A DNA stretch of 64,000 bases from Nitrospirota bacterium (GTDB taxonomy: Bacteria > Patescibacteriota > Gracilibacteria > UBA1369 > LOWO2-01-FULL-3), in assembly GCA_043816165.1 (NCBI GenBank), contig JBDRIE010000025.1:2680-66679 (forward strand), written 5' to 3'. The notes below the pieces were generated by a model, which saw nothing but the letters and a program-made list of their open reading frames with translations, had not been told where the DNA came from and ran no database searches. Below, piece by piece: positions 1 to 9,817 of this stretch. The number at the start of each line of letters is the position of its first letter. Positions within the stretch are counted from its first letter, which is position 1. Made by a program: the position numbers and the translations under genes.

Positions 1-13
1 AACCAAGCTTTTA

Positions 14-1144
14 ATGAAAAACATTAGAAAGAAAATTATAGCTATCTCGTTGTGTCTCTCTATCTTGATACCTACATCAGGAGCTATGGCCGCGAGTTCA
101 GATACCGATGCAAATGTAGAAGGAGGTTTGAGCTTTGCGAGATGTATACAAAAGGGAAATACTGACTTTGTTCTGTTCCTAAATACTTTTATTTTTAATG
201 ATGGTTTTTATAATGGTGTAATTGAACCGTGGAAGGATATTTTGATGAGAAATAAGTGTCAAGCCACCGATATTAGTGGACTTATAATTCAGCAAGATAA
301 GATGAGACAATATATTCGTGATGCATTTTTGACTTGTAAAAGCGAAAAAGTCCCTGCTTTGAAACGTGGGATGGATGAGCTCAAAATAGAGATTTATTAC
401 GTTCGAAATATTGTGGATGGAACTGTTGTCGCAAGTATGCCGTTTGATTTGATAAGTACTCGACAAGCTGAAAATCCTGAAACTTTGAAAACTTCGACCG
501 CAAAGATAGATGCAGATATTAAGGAAAAATATTCGAGCAAAACTGTTCTTTCCGACTCCGAGTTAGATATTTTAATAGCAAAACTACATGTAAAGTATAA
601 AGATCGTGTAAATGAATATATTAAATGCACAAATGACGCTTGGTCGCAGGTATCCAAAAAATGGAAGGAGTTTGTAGATTCTGCCGGAGGGCTTGGTACT
701 GCGGCGAAAACAGCTGAAAAAGAAATTGCGGGAGCGGCTGAAAAGCTTGTTGAGTCTGTGAATGCTGATTCATTAAAGGCAACCTACAAAGGTTGGTTGC
801 AGATAAATATTAACAATCTTGAGGCAAAAGAGGGCTTAACCGAGATTGCAAATAAACTTAAACAAAATGTTCCAGGTACCGGTTCGTCCGGAACAATAAC
901 CCAGAGCGCTTTGCTTGATGCAATAAGTGTTACTGATACGAATTATGACTTGAACAAGACAAGGGCTGAGATGAATACCAAGTTTAAGTCTTTATACAAA
1001 GAGACCAGTGATTCCGGAACTCAACTTCTTGTGACCGGTTTGGACACATATAATAAAACTCTTACTGAGACCTTCCCTATTCTCGCGAAAATTCTGGAGG
1101 GAACGAAGGATATGAATAAAAGACAGTGCCCGGGGAAGTTTTAG
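14..1144 (+). CDS. secreted hypothetical protein
   Basis: 376-aa ORF. N-terminus MKNIRKKIIAISLCLSILIPTSGAMA/ASS reads as a Sec signal peptide. Mature part looks helical with several Cys. No family recognised. A hairpin terminator follows. Confidence 0.6.
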   Translation: MKNIRKKIIAISLCLSILIPTSGAMAASSDTDANVEGGLSFARCIQKGNTDFVLFLNTFIFNDGFYNGVIEPWKDILMRNKCQATDISGLIIQQDKMRQYIRDAFLTCKSEKVPALKRGMDELKIEIYYVRNIVDGTVVASMPFDLISTRQAENPETLKTSTAKIDADIKEKYSSKTVLSDSELDILIAKLHVKYKDRVNEYIKCTNDAWSQVSKKWKEFVDSAGGLGTAAKTAEKEIAGAAEKLVESVNADSLKATYKGWLQININNLEAKEGLTEIANKLKQNVPGTGSSGTITQSALLDAISVTDTNYDLNKTRAEMNTKFKSLYKETSDSGTQLLVTGLDTYNKTLTETFPILAKILEGTKDMNKRQCPGKF

Positions 1145-1151
1145 CTAAAGT

Positions 1152-1190
1152 AAAGACTCCCTACAGAGTAAGGAGTCTTTGGGCTTTTCT
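1152..1190 (+). terminator. intrinsic terminator after the secreted-protein gene
   Basis: AAAGACTCC (1152-1160) pairs with GGAGTCTTT (1172-1180), followed by GGGCTTTTCT. Confidence 0.5.
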
Positions 1191-1191
1191 A

Positions 1192-1241
1192 GGGGTACCC
1201 CGCAGAGCGGGGTTAGTTATTAGTTCGCGGGCAACGAACTA
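1192..1241. repeat. GC-rich hairpin pair
   Basis: CCCCGC-AGA-GCGGGG at 1198-1212 and TAGTTCG-CGGGCAA-CGAACTA at 1221-1241. The first matches the hairpin at 32859-32875 in inverted orientation. Confidence 0.5.
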
Positions 1242-1275
1242 AAGGGCATTGGAGGTTTTTAATTAAGATAATATT

Positions 1276-1446
1276 TTATCTGTGTACGAATTGTAAAACC
1301 ATATCTTTCACTTTCTCTTTGAGATTCGCTTTCTCTTCCAGGCCATTCATCTCTAATGTCAGTTGGGAAACTTCTGAGTAGCAATATGGGCAGCAAAGTC
1401 CGTGACTTGAAACTGCTTTCCCACATGACAAGCAATGGATGATCAT
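1276..1446 (-). CDS. small zinc-ribbon protein (56 aa, below the ORF-track cutoff)
   Basis: Hand translation MIIHCLSCGKAVSSHGLCCPYCYSEVSQLTLEMNGLEEKANLKEKVKDMVLQFVHR. Has CxxC...CxxC. Starts 14 nt after the stop of the upstream HTH gene on the same strand. Confidence 0.45.
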   Translation of the reverse strand: MIIHCLSCGKAVSSHGLCCPYCYSEVSQLTLEMNGLEEKANLKEKVKDMVLQFVHR

Positions 1447-1459
1447 CTCTTTAAAGGTA

Positions 1460-1747
1460 TTAGATTATATAATAATGATTGTCTTCATCCTTTTCGTCAG
1501 GGTCCTTTGGCTGAAAGGTCTTCGTTTTTTCATTTTTAGCTTTTGGCGCTGTTCCCGTCTGCGGCGGGTTAGCGCCCGGAGTCATACGATCTTCAAGGAA
1601 CTTATTTATTTCGCTTTCCTTGATCCTATAGACCCGTCCCAGCTTAATACCTTTCAGCTTACCTTGTTTGATAAACTTCAGAATTGTAAAAGGATGCACT
1701 TGGAGAATATTTGCGACTTGTTCAGTTGTAAAAAACTTTTCTTTCAT
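1460..1747 (-). CDS. excisionase-family (MerR-like) helix-turn-helix DNA-binding protein
   Basis: 95 aa. FFTTEQVANILQVHPFTILKFIKQGKLKGIKLGRVYRIKESEINKFL matches the Xis/HTH_17-type signature. Disordered P/K/D-rich tail. Confidence 0.7.
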   Translation of the reverse strand: MKEKFFTTEQVANILQVHPFTILKFIKQGKLKGIKLGRVYRIKESEINKFLEDRMTPGANPPQTGTAPKAKNEKTKTFQPKDPDEKDEDNHYYII

Positions 1748-1783
1748 TCAATTTTTTTATACAGGATTTAATATAATTTAATT

Positions 1784-2023
1784 TAATTAAACTTTATTAA
1801 ATTCTACCACTTTTCAGCACATTCTTCAATACTCTCCTTGTTTTTAAGTATCATTTTTGTGTTCGCACTTTATCACATTAATCACAACTATTCAATAGTT
1901 TTGGCAAGTTAATTAAACTTAGTTAAATTTTACCATATTTTATATACATATTCGACATATTTAGCATAGTTTATTGAACTTTATTAAATTTAGTTAAACT
2001 TTATTAAACTTAATTGAACCTTA
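1784..2023. repeat. iteron-like AT-rich repeat array in the HTH gene upstream region
   Basis: TTAATTAAACTTTATTAAATTCTACCA (1784-1810) and TTAATTAAACTTAGTTAAATTTTACCA (1909-1935) match at 24/27. AACTTTATTAAA recurs at about 1976 and 1997. Confidence 0.6.
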
Positions 2024-2063
2024 TATGAAAAAGCCCAACTACGCTACTCCTTATTGAAATGTA

Positions 2064-4976
2064 TTATTTGAGGATTTTTTTAAGCCATTGCCCTGTGTAT
2101 GACTTAGAGATTTTTGTTATTTCTTCCGGTGTTCCAATTGCAATGATTTCACCTCCATTATCTCCCCCTTCAGGCCCCAGATCAATAATGTGGTCTACAG
2201 ACTTGATTACATCCAAATTGTGCTCAATTACAAGTACCGTGTTACCTTTTTCTACTAATTTTTGTAATACACTTAGAAGCTTTTTCACGTCATCAAAGTG
2301 TAGACCGGTAGTCGGTTCGTCCAATACATACAGTGTTTTTCCTGTAGAGCGCTTTGATAGCTCCGTAGATAATTTAATACGTTGTGCTTCGCCTCCTGAT
2401 AGAGTTGTCGCCGGTTGTCCAAGGTGAAGATACCCAAGACCAACCTCACATAAAGTAATTAATTTAGTTTTAACCGCAGGAATCGCTTTAAAGAACTCCA
2501 AGGCCTCTTCCACCGTCATCTCAAGCACTTCGTGGATATTTTTACCTCTATATCTCACCTCTAGAGCCTCTTCGTTGTATCTTTTACCCTTACAGACCTC
2601 ACAAGACACATAAATATCAGGCAAAAAGTGCATTTCTATCTTTTTGATTCCGTCTCCGGTACATGCCTCACATCGTCCTCCTTTTACGTTAAATGAGAAC
2701 CTTCCCGCTTTATAACCACGAGTTTTTGATTCCGGTGTCTGCGAGAAGAGATCTCTGATATCGGTAAATACTCCCGTATATGTAGCTGAATTTGACCTGG
2801 GGGTACGTCCGATCGGAGATTGGTCGATGTTTATAATTTTGTCTAAATGTTCGAGCCCCTTTATCTCTTCGTGTGCTCCCGGTATAGCTTTTGATTTATA
2901 AAGCTCTTTTGAGACAGCTTTTACCAAAATGTCATTTACCAATGTCGATTTCCCCGATCCTGAAACTCCTGTGATACCGATGAATGTTCCTAATGGGAAG
3001 TCGGCATCAATTCCTTTTAAATTATGCTCTGCGGCTCCTATTATCGAGATTTTTCCTTTTTTACCTTTTCTACGTTCTTTCGGTACGGATATTTCCGCTT
3101 TTCCTGAAAGGTATTTACCGGTTAGTGAATTCTTATTTTTTATAATTTCTGAGGGTGAACCCTGTGCTACTACTTCTCCTCCGTGTTTTCCCGCTCCAGG
3201 CCCTATATCGATGATGTGATCCGCGGCAAGCATGGTATCTGTATCGTGTTCAACAACAATTACCGTATTTCCAATGTCACGAAGCGAAATAAGCGTTTTA
3301 ATCAGCTTGTCGTTGTCGCTTTGGTGCAATCCGATACTGGGTTCATCCAGTACGTAAATAACGCCTGAGAGACGCGATCCTATCTGAGTTGCAAGCCGAA
3401 TTCTTTGCGCTTCACCTCCTGAGAGAGTGTTTGCGGTTCTATCCAATGTCAGATACGAGATTCCCACGTTTTCCAGGAAGTTTAGTCTATTGCTGATCTC
3501 TTGTAAGATTTGTTTTGCTATTTCATGCTTCATTTTGCTCAATTTGAGGTGCTGGAATAGGTCTATAGCCTTTTTGATGGATAATTCTGTCATATCTATA
3601 ATTGAGAGATCATTTATTTTAACTGCGAGAATTTCTGCTTTTAGTCTTTTTCCCTTACATGTCGGGCATTTTAGAATTCGCATGTAGCCTTCTATTTTTT
3701 TCCTTACGTAATCTGAGTCCGTTTCCAGATACCTTCTTTCCAGGTTTGGTATTACTCCCTCAAATGTAGTTTGGTATTCCCCTACAAATGATGATTTTTC
3801 CGGATCTTTTACTCCGTTCCCTATTTGGACTGTGTATTTTTTCTCCGGATCTCCTTGCAGTACCTTGCTTAATACTTCTTCAGGAAGTCTACTTATCGGT
3901 GTATTCATCGAAAATTTATTCTCTTTTGAGACACTTTCCAGAATTCGGTTGTACCAAGTTAAATGTGAAGTTGTTGTAGACCATGGCATTATTGCTCCTT
4001 CTGCGAGAGTGAGTTTCTTGTTTGGAATTACGAGATCTGCATCTATTTCCAGCTTGGTTCCAAGTCCGTGGCACTCTTCGCATGCTCCTTGTGGATTGTT
4101 GAAAGAAAAGCTTCGTGGAGAGATTTCCGCCACATTAACGTGACACGTATTACATGCGAAATGCTCAGAGAATACCTTTTCTTTGTTGCTTCCATGCTCT
4201 GCTATGATCATCAGCCCTTCTCCGAATTTCAGTGCGGTTTCTATTGAGTCTGCAAGCCTTGTTCGGTCCGGATTAGGAAGGTCTATTTCTTGCCCGGAAG
4301 AAAGCTTTTGTACTTTTTTCTTAAAGTCTTTAACCACTAGGCGGTCTACCACTATTTCGATGTTGTGCTTTTTGTTCTCATCTAATTCCGGAACATCAAT
4401 GATTGAATATATTTCTCCGTCTATTCTTACCCTCACAAATCCTTCTTTTTGGATTTTTTCGAGTCCTTTCATGTGCTGCCCTTTTCGTCCTCTTACTATT
4501 GGTGAGAGAATTAGGATTTTCTTTCCTTCCGGCATCTCTGAGACCTCTTCGAGGATTTGTTGTGAGCTTTGTCTCTCGATCGGTTTATGGCATTTAGGAC
4601 AGTGCGGAGTTCCAACTTTTGCAAATAATAATCTCAAATAATCGTATATTTCAGTTACTGTTCCCACTGTTGATCTTGGGTTTCTTGAAGCTGTTTTTTG
4701 GTCAATTGAGATGGCTGGAGAGAGCCCTTCTATGTTGTCCACCTCCGGTTTTTCCATTAATTGGAGGAAGTTTCTGGCATATGTGGAAAGGCTTTCTACA
4801 TATCTTCTCTGTCCTTCTGCGTAGATTGTGTCAAATGCTAGTGAGGATTTTCCTGATCCCGAAAGACCTGTAATTACCGTAAATTTATCACGTGGAATTT
4901 CCACGTTTATCCCTTTAAGGTTGTGGATTCTAGCCCCTGTTACTGTTATTTTGTCTGTCGACATATTTTTCAGCAC
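2064..4976 (-). CDS. uvrA: excinuclease ABC subunit A
   Basis: 970 aa. Two ABC ATPase modules ([31 protein letters not shown] twice) and zinc-finger Cys clusters. Full-length UvrA architecture. Confidence 0.97.
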   Translation of the reverse strand: MLKNMSTDKITVTGARIHNLKGINVEIPRDKFTVITGLSGSGKSSLAFDTIYAEGQRRYVESLSTYARNFLQLMEKPEVDNIEGLSPAISIDQKTASRNPRSTVGTVTEIYDYLRLLFAKVGTPHCPKCHKPIERQSSQQILEEVSEMPEGKKILILSPIVRGRKGQHMKGLEKIQKEGFVRVRIDGEIYSIIDVPELDENKKHNIEIVVDRLVVKDFKKKVQKLSSGQEIDLPNPDRTRLADSIETALKFGEGLMIIAEHGSNKEKVFSEHFACNTCHVNVAEISPRSFSFNNPQGACEECHGLGTKLEIDADLVIPNKKLTLAEGAIMPWSTTTSHLTWYNRILESVSKENKFSMNTPISRLPEEVLSKVLQGDPEKKYTVQIGNGVKDPEKSSFVGEYQTTFEGVIPNLERRYLETDSDYVRKKIEGYMRILKCPTCKGKRLKAEILAVKINDLSIIDMTELSIKKAIDLFQHLKLSKMKHEIAKQILQEISNRLNFLENVGISYLTLDRTANTLSGGEAQRIRLATQIGSRLSGVIYVLDEPSIGLHQSDNDKLIKTLISLRDIGNTVIVVEHDTDTMLAADHIIDIGPGAGKHGGEVVAQGSPSEIIKNKNSLTGKYLSGKAEISVPKERRKGKKGKISIIGAAEHNLKGIDADFPLGTFIGITGVSGSGKSTLVNDILVKAVSKELYKSKAIPGAHEEIKGLEHLDKIINIDQSPIGRTPRSNSATYTGVFTDIRDLFSQTPESKTRGYKAGRFSFNVKGGRCEACTGDGIKKIEMHFLPDIYVSCEVCKGKRYNEEALEVRYRGKNIHEVLEMTVEEALEFFKAIPAVKTKLITLCEVGLGYLHLGQPATTLSGGEAQRIKLSTELSKRSTGKTLYVLDEPTTGLHFDDVKKLLSVLQKLVEKGNTVLVIEHNLDVIKSVDHIIDLGPEGGDNGGEIIAIGTPEEITKISKSYTGQWLKKILK

Positions 4977-4984
4977 AAATTAAG

Positions 4985-5002
4985 CTCTACATGCAAGTAG
5001 AG
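4985..5002 (-). terminator. inverted repeat between the prsW-like stop and the uvrA start
   Basis: CTCTAC-ATGCAA-GTAGAG. Could terminate the upstream minus-strand gene or be a uvrA operator. Weak U-tract. Confidence 0.3.
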
Positions 5003-5050
5003 ATTTTAGCATTAGAATCCTGATCGCGCAAGCATTAAACTTAGCCTTCG

Positions 5051-5962
5051 CTACGCTTCCGCATGGTCTTTTTTCAGAGCCTTTCTTTCGAAATATACCC
5101 CTGTTTTTGGGTGAGGATGATTTCTAGCGTATGCAAGGACTTTCCCGTATTCTTTGTGGTTTTCCTTCTTTTCAAAGTAATAGTTCAAGGTCTTATATCC
5201 ACCGACCAAGAACGGAACTATTAGGAAATTTAGGTTCATTTCGAGGACAATATTGAAGATGGCATGAAGTCCGATCGAAATGAGTAACCCTTCCAGGATG
5301 ATTTCTTTATAGAAGATTCCTTCTTTTTTGAAATGGAAAATGTTGTGGATTTTTTGTACCCATTGTTTTCTTTTCGCTTTTAACTCTTCTTGTAATATTG
5401 GTTTTGCGAAGTGAGCTGTTCCGTAGTAATAGCCGAGGATTCCTGAGAACATTAAATGTGCGAATGTTGAGAATGTCGATCTGAATAGGAATGGCATCAG
5501 TAAATTTGATGGTCCTTGGCTGATCCAAATATTGTAGAAATATAGGATGTTTTCTGTGAATGAGAACCCGAGCGCCGCAAGAATGAAGAATTCAATCGCG
5601 TCGTCAACATTCTTGATTTCATCATCATCTGAGACCTTTACCGATAGCATTTTCATTATTTCCTCAATTACTCCCACAAACAAAAATGTGATGATCACAC
5701 TTAGAGGCACAATAGTAAGATTTGAAAACCCAATAAGGTCATTATGGTAATAATCCGCGAGTTTGAATGCGTTTATCCATGGGAAAAATTGCCATAAAAA
5801 CTTGTAGAAGAGTATGGGGAAAACGGCTAAAGCGCCTACTGCAAAGGTCAAAATCACTGTGCTTCGTTTTTCCGGGTGCTTTTTATAGTAAATATATCCC
5901 CAAATCAATGCCGGGACACAGGCAAGCATTATTGATATGATTATCTGAATGGCGTGATTCAT
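5051..5962 (-). CDS. PrsW-family intramembrane metalloprotease
   Basis: 303 aa, polytopic. Motifs VIEEIMK, GFSFTENILY and HLMFSGILGYYYG...HAIFN match PrsW-type site-1 proteases. Confidence 0.7.
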   Translation of the reverse strand: MNHAIQIIISIMLACVPALIWGYIYYKKHPEKRSTVILTFAVGALAVFPILFYKFLWQFFPWINAFKLADYYHNDLIGFSNLTIVPLSVIITFLFVGVIEEIMKMLSVKVSDDDEIKNVDDAIEFFILAALGFSFTENILYFYNIWISQGPSNLLMPFLFRSTFSTFAHLMFSGILGYYYGTAHFAKPILQEELKAKRKQWVQKIHNIFHFKKEGIFYKEIILEGLLISIGLHAIFNIVLEMNLNFLIVPFLVGGYKTLNYYFEKKENHKEYGKVLAYARNHPHPKTGVYFERKALKKDHAEA

Positions 5963-6004
5963 TTCTTTTTATTTTCATTTTTCTTTCTTGTTATTATAAC
6001 ATAT

Positions 6005-7096
6005 TTATTCTATCCTGACAAACCATAAGCTTTCGCCTTCCTTGTCGAGCTTTTTGAAGCTCTCCTGGTCCGTGGTTGTGATGATTGTCTGGCAGTCTTT
6101 TATTGATTTCAGGAGGTGTTCTCCCCTTTTTCGGTCCAATTCTGAGAATACATCGTCCAGGAGAAGGATTGGATTTCTGCCTGTTTTTTCCTTGATATAT
6201 TGGATTTCCGCGAGCTTGATTGCCAGTAGGAGTGTGCGGAATTCACCTCTTGAGGCTGAGGACAAGATTTCTTTGCCATCGATGAAGAATTTGAGGTCGT
6301 CGCGGTGTGGGCCGAGTGTGGTTTTTGCTTCGCGGATGTCTCGATCGCGTCTGATTGTCAGCTCTGCCTCGTATTCTCCTTTTATAGTGCTGTACTGAAT
6401 CTCTACTTTCTCTTTCCCTCCGGATATTGATTGGTAGATTTTTTCGAGTTTTTTGTTAAGGAATTGGGTAAATTCTTTTCTTTTCTTGATGATTATACTT
6501 CCAAACTCCATTAATTCTGTGTCCCATGCGTCCAGGTCTTTTTCCAGGTTCTCCATAGGTTTATTTGTGAATTTAGCCTCGCGTATTGCATGAAGGAGTG
6601 CGTTTCTCTGCTTTAGCGTTTTTTTGTATTTGGTTAATGCTTCCAGGTACTTTTTGTCTACCTGGGAAAGCAGTATATTTAAATATCTTCGTCGGTATGA
6701 TGGGCTCAGATAGAGCATGTTTAGGTCTTCGGGATGGAATAGCACCGTAATTAAATTCCCGATATATTCGCTATTTCTCATGCTGACATCGTTTTTTTTG
6801 AATCCTTTCTGTTTACGGGGATAGTTTGAATAGAAGACCTCCAGGCTTGTTTCTTCCCCATCTATTTCTGTTTCACATTTGCATCTCATATAGTCAAATT
6901 CCCATTCTATCAGGTCGTCTTGAAGAATGGTGCGGAATGATTTTCCCAGACTAAGCACATAAATGGCTTCCAGGAAGTTTGTTTTCCCTTTTCCGTTCGG
7001 TCCTACAAGGATCGTAATGTTTTTGTCTTCCGGAAATTCGTATTCATATCTGTTGTAATTCCGGAAGTTTTCGAGTTGAAGTTTTCGTAGTTTCAT
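6005..7096 (-). CDS. recF: DNA replication and repair protein RecF
   Basis: 363 aa. MKLRKLQLENFRNY...GPNGKGKTNFLEAI Walker A and C-terminal LLLDDVFSELD Walker B. Confidence 0.95.
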   Translation of the reverse strand: MKLRKLQLENFRNYNRYEYEFPEDKNITILVGPNGKGKTNFLEAIYVLSLGKSFRTILQDDLIEWEFDYMRCKCETEIDGEETSLEVFYSNYPRKQKGFKKNDVSMRNSEYIGNLITVLFHPEDLNMLYLSPSYRRRYLNILLSQVDKKYLEALTKYKKTLKQRNALLHAIREAKFTNKPMENLEKDLDAWDTELMEFGSIIIKKRKEFTQFLNKKLEKIYQSISGGKEKVEIQYSTIKGEYEAELTIRRDRDIREAKTTLGPHRDDLKFFIDGKEILSSASRGEFRTLLLAIKLAEIQYIKEKTGRNPILLLDDVFSELDRKRGEHLLKSIKDCQTIITTTDQESFKKLDKEGESLWFVRIE

Positions 7097-7142
7097 TCTA
7101 TCTTTATTTTACCCGATATTTATTATTAATCTAACTGAAATT

Positions 7143-8909
7143 ATGTCAAAAGCGAATGTCGATCTCGATGCAATGCGCCACTCTTGTTCGCATGTCCTCG
7201 CACAGGCTGTGTTGCAAATGTTTCCGGAGGCTTCACTAGCTATCGGGCCAACGATCGAGGACGGTTTTTACTATGATTTTGACCTTCCAAGGACTTTGAT
7301 TCCGGAGGATTTGCCGATTATTGAGAAGAAAATGAAGCAGATTATTAAGCAAAATCAGACTTTTGAGAAGAGGGTTGAGCCGGGTGATAAAGCTATTGAG
7401 TTTTTGAAGAAAACCAAACAGAAGTACAAGGTTGAGTTGGTGGAGGAATTTGTGAAAGAAGGTGAAGAAATTACTTTTTATGAGAATATTCTTCCTCAGG
7501 GAAACAAGCCGATGTTTGTGGATCTCTGTGAGGGACCTCATGTGGAAAGAACCGGGCAAATTGGTCCGTTTAAGTTGCTGAAAATTGCCGGGGCGTATTG
7601 GAGGGGTGACGAGAAAAACCCTATGTTGCAGCGGATTTATGGGACTTGTTGGAATAGCCGCGAGGAATTGGACGAATATTTGAAGATGCTGGAGGAAGCG
7701 AAAAAACGCGATCATCGTAAGCTCGGGAAGGAATTGGAGCTGTTTACTTTTGATGATGAAATTGGGGCGGGGCTTCCGCTTTGGCTGCCAAAGGGTGCAG
7801 TGATTGTGGAGATTTTGGAGAATTTGGCGAAGAAAAAAGAGGCTGAGCAGGATTATGTGCGCGTTAGGACACCACATATCGCAAAAGAGCAATTGTATCT
7901 GACTTCCGGTCATCTTCCTTACTACAAAGAGCACATGTATCCACCTATGGAGCTTGATAATGAGAAGTATTATTTGAAAGCGATGAATTGTCCTCATCAT
8001 CACAAAATTTATGCTGCACGACCGAGAAGTTATCGTGAATTACCTTTGAGACTTGCTGAATATGGGCATTGTTATCGATTTGAGGATTCCGGAGCTTTAT
8101 TTGGGCTTATGAGAGTTCGTTCTCTTTGCATGAATGATGCTCACATTTACTGTACCGAGGAGCAATTTGAGGAGGAATTCAAGAAGGTTATTGATCTTTA
8201 TATGTTTTATTTCGATCTGTTTGGAATTGAGAAATACGAAATGCGACTTTCGAAGCATCACAAAGATGGGCTTGGGAAAAAGTATGTTGATAATGAGAAG
8301 TTGTGGATAAAAACCGAGAAATTGGTAAAGAAAGTCATGGATAAGGGGAAAATTAATTATGTAGAAGCCGACGATGAGGCTGCTTTTTATGGACCGAAGA
8401 TTGATGTACAGGTTTGGTCCGCAATTGGTAAGGAGTTTACTTTGGCTACAAATCAGTTGGATTTTGCGATTCCTGAACGCTTTGGGCTTAAATATAATGA
8501 CAAGGATGGGAAAGAAAAGACACCGCTTTGCATTCATAGAGCGCCTCTGAGTACTCATGAGAGGCTTATTGGATTCTTGATAGAGCATTATGCGGGGGCA
8601 TTCCCTGTGTGGCTTGCACCTGTGCAGGCTTTGGTGGTTCCGGTTTCTGAGAAGTTTAATAAATATGCCGAAAAAGTACGTATTGAACTACGAGCTGCCG
8701 GTGTTCGAGTTGAAATTGATGATTCCGACTTCCAATTAGGAAAGAAAATCAGAAATGCTGAGATGCAAAAAGTTCCATATATGCTTGTGGTTGGGGAAAA
8801 AGAAGAGAAGGATGGGGCTGTCGCGGTTCGGGATTATGCTACGAAAAAGCAGGATGTGATGAAGTTGAAGGCATTTATGAAGAAGATTGAGACTGAAATG
8901 TCTATTTAG
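7143..8909 (+). CDS. thrS: threonine--tRNA ligase lacking the N-terminal TGS domain
   Basis: 588 aa. Starts at the editing-domain HSCSHVLAQAV motif. Class II core and anticodon-binding domain present. Confidence 0.96.
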   Translation: MSKANVDLDAMRHSCSHVLAQAVLQMFPEASLAIGPTIEDGFYYDFDLPRTLIPEDLPIIEKKMKQIIKQNQTFEKRVEPGDKAIEFLKKTKQKYKVELVEEFVKEGEEITFYENILPQGNKPMFVDLCEGPHVERTGQIGPFKLLKIAGAYWRGDEKNPMLQRIYGTCWNSREELDEYLKMLEEAKKRDHRKLGKELELFTFDDEIGAGLPLWLPKGAVIVEILENLAKKKEAEQDYVRVRTPHIAKEQLYLTSGHLPYYKEHMYPPMELDNEKYYLKAMNCPHHHKIYAARPRSYRELPLRLAEYGHCYRFEDSGALFGLMRVRSLCMNDAHIYCTEEQFEEEFKKVIDLYMFYFDLFGIEKYEMRLSKHHKDGLGKKYVDNEKLWIKTEKLVKKVMDKGKINYVEADDEAAFYGPKIDVQVWSAIGKEFTLATNQLDFAIPERFGLKYNDKDGKEKTPLCIHRAPLSTHERLIGFLIEHYAGAFPVWLAPVQALVVPVSEKFNKYAEKVRIELRAAGVRVEIDDSDFQLGKKIRNAEMQKVPYMLVVGEKEEKDGAVAVRDYATKKQDVMKLKAFMKKIETEMSI

Positions 8910-8914
8910 CAGAG

Positions 8915-9006
8915 AGCTTTTTGCCAATATTTGGATTTCCGGTCAATGTAAAGCGGTAATGTGCATACCTAATTCAAAGCTTTTTGCCGGTATTTGGATT
9001 TCCGGT
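8915..9006. repeat. 29-bp direct repeat pair downstream of HNH copy 1
   Basis: AGCTTTTTGCCAATATTTGGATTTCCGGT (8915-8943) and AGCTTTTTGCCGGTATTTGGATTTCCGGT (8978-9006) match at 27/29. CCGGTATT recurs on to 9055. Confidence 0.7.
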
Positions 9007-9028
9007 ATTTCCTGTCCGGTATTACCCA

Positions 9029-9817
9029 TCACAACATCGCCGCCTGCCGGTATTTTCTATAGAGAATGTCTGCTTCGTGCTTGATTTGCGCTTTGATGTT
9101 GATTTTCCATTTGTTTGGGTTTTCGTTTTCGTTCGGAATCAAGCCATTGTGCGCGAATTCATGATGCTCATGGCAAAGTCCGGTTATGTTTTTGTGGTTT
9201 TTTGTTGTGGAATATCTGTCCTGGTGATGTAGATTTTTTATTGGTCGATTACAGTTGGGATAAGCGCATTTCCCATTTGTTTTTTTGAGGGTTTCCCTTT
9301 TTCTTTTTATGCGGATATGACGGGGTTCCTGGTCGCTTGTCAAGCTTTGACCGGTCAAGCTTTTTGGAGAGGCGGGAAATTCATCGTTTACCGTTTTCTC
9401 CAGAATCATTTTCGTCACTTCTTTGTTCGTCAGATTCCATTTTTCCTTCAATTTCAAAAACAAAAAGGTCATTTCTTCGTCCAGTTCCAGTTTGATTTTT
9501 TCAGGGACCGCTTGGCAGACCGTTTCATCGGTTATATTCTCTTTTTTCCTGAGTTCTTTTGATAAAGTTTGAACCGCAGGTTTGCTCATGTGACGGATTT
9601 TGTCCGCAAATATTTCATCGGTTTCGGGCGTGGCGAGGCGCGCTATCATCGCCACTTTGTTTACTCCGACTTCCTTGATCGCAGCTTTGAGATGGGGTTT
9701 GTCAGCCAGATTCGGTTCGAGGCGCAATCTTGTTTCGACCGCCGAGCGGGAAAGTCCGCCGAATTTGGCCGCGTATTCGAATATCGAAGTTGCATATTTT
9801 TTGTGAAGATTTTCCAT
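9029..9817 (-). CDS. HNH endonuclease domain protein (copy 1)
   Basis: CAYPNCNRPIKNLHHQDRYS...GLCHEHHEFAHNG is an HNH/zinc-finger motif. Start taken at MENLHKK (9817) by alignment with the paralog. The track ORF extends to 9889. Confidence 0.8.
   Translation of the reverse strand: MENLHKKYATSIFEYAAKFGGLSRSAVETRLRLEPNLADKPHLKAAIKEVGVNKVAMIARLATPETDEIFADKIRHMSKPAVQTLSKELRKKENITDETVCQAVPEKIKLELDEEMTFLFLKLKEKWNLTNKEVTKMILEKTVNDEFPASPKSLTGQSLTSDQEPRHIRIKRKRETLKKTNGKCAYPNCNRPIKNLHHQDRYSTTKNHKNITGLCHEHHEFAHNGLIPNENENPNKWKINIKAQIKHEADILYRKYRQAAML

Noticed and set aside
1750-2040. Chromosomal replication origin (AT-rich repeats, recF 4 kb away)
   Set aside because: No dnaA or dnaN lies nearby. I saw only a degenerate DnaA-box-like TTATCACA. 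The repeats sit in the promoter region of a small HTH gene, which explains them more simply.
4985-5002. uvrA-proximal palindrome CTCTAC-N6-GTAGAG as an SOS box
   Set aside because: It bears no resemblance to the palindrome in the lexA promoter or to known LexA boxes. It is equally well explained as the terminator of the upstream PrsW-like gene. Left unresolved.
7236-8003. 255-aa ORF antisense to thrS
   Set aside because: It lies entirely inside a confidently identified gene on the other strand. Its low-complexity L/I/K/F-rich translation is typical of shadow ORFs in AT-rich DNA.
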